Shown here one piece after another: positions 62,262 through 64,000 of a DNA stretch of 64,000 nt. Under the pieces are notes generated by a model. The model was not told where the DNA came from. It was given only the letters and a program-made list of their open reading frames with translations, and did no database searches. Position numbers and translations under genes: made by a program. This stretch comes from an uncultured Pseudomonadota bacterium. Lineage in GTDB: Bacteria > Pseudomonadota > Alphaproteobacteria > JACZXZ01. The stretch lies in the NCBI GenBank assembly GCA_963749075.1, contig CAVVLJ010000020.1, forward strand, positions 256,001 through 320,000, given 5' to 3'. How positions within the stretch are numbered: the first letter of the stretch is position 1; each line of letters opens with the position of its first letter.

Positions 62262-63392
62262 CTAATTGGTCAGAAGGACGCCGTTCGTTACTCCGTTGCC
62301 CATGAGGCCGCCCGAGCAGGTGAAGGTGAACTCGGCGTCGTTGTAGTCGAAGTCGTCGGTGGTGCCGCCCATGTCGTTCCACGCATAGTACCAGGTCTGG
62401 CCGGCCACCTGCGCGCAGGTCGGCGACGCATTGGTCTGCGCCGTGGTGAAGCACTTTCCCGCGGTCGGCGTGGGCAGGCTCGAGCCGGTCACCTGAAGCG
62501 TCTGAAGGCTGCAATTCTCAATTGTCTTGCAGCCGCTTGGCGGGTGGCTCCCGGTGCAGGTGAGGCCGTTGGTGTACTTCGACGCGGTGGTATAGCCGCC
62601 CGGGTTGTTGGTCGAGTCGTTGGGGATGGTCAATTGCGAATAGAAGACGTGGGTGCTGCCGGGCGTGCCGCCGTACTGGTTGTCGCCGTAGTTGGAGAGC
62701 CCGCCCGTCACGTTGACGAGCGCGAAGGCGACCTGGCGGCCGGGCGGCACCGAGAAGGTCTGGTTGCTCGTGGGCGGCACGTTCGACGAGGAGTTGGTGA
62801 AGATCGCCGTGAAGGTGCTGTCCGTGAAGGTGCCGTTGGGGAAATTCGACGCATTCCACACCGGCACGCTGCCGTTGGTGGGCACGAGATACCAATACAT
62901 GGTGTTGTGGTCGCCGGCGTTGCTGTTCCAGTTGGCCGCGTTCACGTTGCCGATCGAGCCCTCGTAAGCCGCCGTGGCCGTGGCATAGATGGGGATCGAT
63001 TGCACGAACATGTACATGAAGGTCGTCTTGACGCTCGAATTGGCGGTCACGGTGACGCTGTAGGCGCTGGTCGAGACGGCCGTCGAGACGGCGTAGGTCG
63101 TGCCCTGGTTGTGCGGCAGGTTGGTGACGTTGAGGTTCATGTAGTTGTCGGCCACCGTGGTCGCGGCGGGGCCGTCGGTGGAGGCCAAGAAGACGGCGGC
63201 GCCGGAGAGCGCTGCGGAATCCACGATGCTCTGCAGCGAGGTCCTGGCCTGCACGGCGAGTGCAAAATCGACGCCGGCGCCGAGCGACATGAGCAGAACC
63301 GGCGCCGTGAGCGCGAACATCACCGCGATGTTGCCGCGGCGGCAGCCGAGCTCGTGGCGGAGCGGGGTGAGGGACATGAGTTTGCGCAACAT
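62262..63392 (-). CDS. TadG-like pilus protein
   Basis: RRG|NIAVMFAL prepilin site, GVDF, LQSIVDSAALSGA; S/T/N/C-rich C-terminus. Confidence 0.8.
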   Translation of the reverse strand: MLRKLMSLTPLRHELGCRRGNIAVMFALTAPVLLMSLGAGVDFALAVQARTSLQSIVDSAALSGAAVFLASTDGPAATTVADNYMNLNVTNLPHNQGTTYAVSTAVSTSAYSVTVTANSSVKTTFMYMFVQSIPIYATATAAYEGSIGNVNAANWNSNAGDHNTMYWYLVPTNGSVPVWNASNFPNGTFTDSTFTAIFTNSSSNVPPTSNQTFSVPPGRQVAFALVNVTGGLSNYGDNQYGGTPGSTHVFYSQLTIPNDSTNNPGGYTTASKYTNGLTCTGSHPPSGCKTIENCSLQTLQVTGSSLPTPTAGKCFTTAQTNASPTCAQVAGQTWYYAWNDMGGTTDDFDYNDAEFTFTCSGGLMGNGVTNGVLLTN

Positions 63393-63423
63393 GGGGCGTC
63401 TCGCTTGAAGGTTGGATGTGGCG

Positions 63424-63960
63424 TCAGTTATGGGGAATCTGCGCGATGTTCCGCGGCCGCCCGAAGGCGATCTGCGATAGCGTGATGGTCGCCGGCAGCA
63501 TGAAGCTGCTGGCCGCGTCGTAGGTGTAGGTCGCATAGGAGACGATGACGCTGTCGCCGTTGTTGGGAATGAGACCGCTCGAAAGCGAGATGGCGGTGGA
63601 TGCGATGCTGCTAGCACTGCCGCAGGTGGTGTCGCTCCAGTCGACCGCCGTCGTCCCGCTCGTCGCATTCTTCGTAACGCTGGCAACGGCGATCTTGAGC
63701 GTCGTGTTCGAAAGGGGCGTCATGACCAGCTTGGCACCGTTGCAGAAATTGGCCATGGAGGTGTTGTTGACGGCGTTCTGCATGGCGACGAGCTCGGCCA
63801 TGGTCAGCGCCGCGGCGTTGGTCTTCATGGTGGCGCGCACGGCCGTGGCCGCCTCGTAGCCGCCGACCAGCAGCATGATCATGACCGTGCCGATGAGCGC
63901 GAACTCGATGAGCGCCGAACCGCGCTGGTCCCGCACCATGGCGTGGAGCCGGCCGCTCAT
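63424..63960 (-). CDS. TadE/TadF-like pseudopilin
   Basis: DQRG|SALIEFAL prepilin motif. Confidence 0.85.
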   Translation of the reverse strand: MSGRLHAMVRDQRGSALIEFALIGTVMIMLLVGGYEAATAVRATMKTNAAALTMAELVAMQNAVNNTSMANFCNGAKLVMTPLSNTTLKIAVASVTKNATSGTTAVDWSDTTCGSASSIASTAISLSSGLIPNNGDSVIVSYATYTYDAASSFMLPATITLSQIAFGRPRNIAQIPHN

Positions 63961-64000
63961 CAGAAGGGCTCGTTCTGGAAGGCCACGGTCGACACCATCT
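63960..64000 (-). CDS. 3' end of a TadE-like pseudopilin (runs off the window)
   Basis: C-terminal AFQNEPF*; its stop overlaps the next ATG. Confidence 0.65.
   Translation of the reverse strand, partial: MVSTVAFQNEPF

Overview
High-GC alphaproteobacterial chromosome segment; a Rhodospirillales-like host is inferred from gene content and order. The housekeeping backbone holds a Gld-like ABC exporter cluster, an M17 peptidase, ghrA, the yejABEF peptide transporter, hisN-cycM-kdsB-pheA, a PHA cluster (phaR, PhaC-like, phaA, phaB), tldD/pmbA, hppD, gloB, metXW, chorismate mutase-hisC-tyrC, an FNR/FixK-box-led adh-CBS pair and the end of a Tad pseudopilin cluster. Three accessory inserts interrupt it. 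(1) A 3,086-bp integrase-free islet carries an AbiEi/AbiEii type IV toxin-antitoxin pair and a DUF4238-like fragment, bracketed by a ~412-bp direct duplication of the yejF 3' end. (2) A small RelE/HigB-type TA pair lies between yejA and hisN. (3) A ~19-kb arsenic island sits between gloB and a yafS-like methyltransferase: aioXSR-aioBA-moaA, pstSCAB-phoB, arsR-arsC-acr3 and arsR-arsV-like-arsK-like. Its regulatory wiring can be read from the DNA: a sigma54 promoter, AioR-like sites, Pho boxes and a shared putative ArsR box. Three core genes carry single-base +1 frameshifts that are probably sequencing errors. No rRNA, tRNA or CRISPR array was seen. All assignments come from motif recognition by eye; no searches were run.
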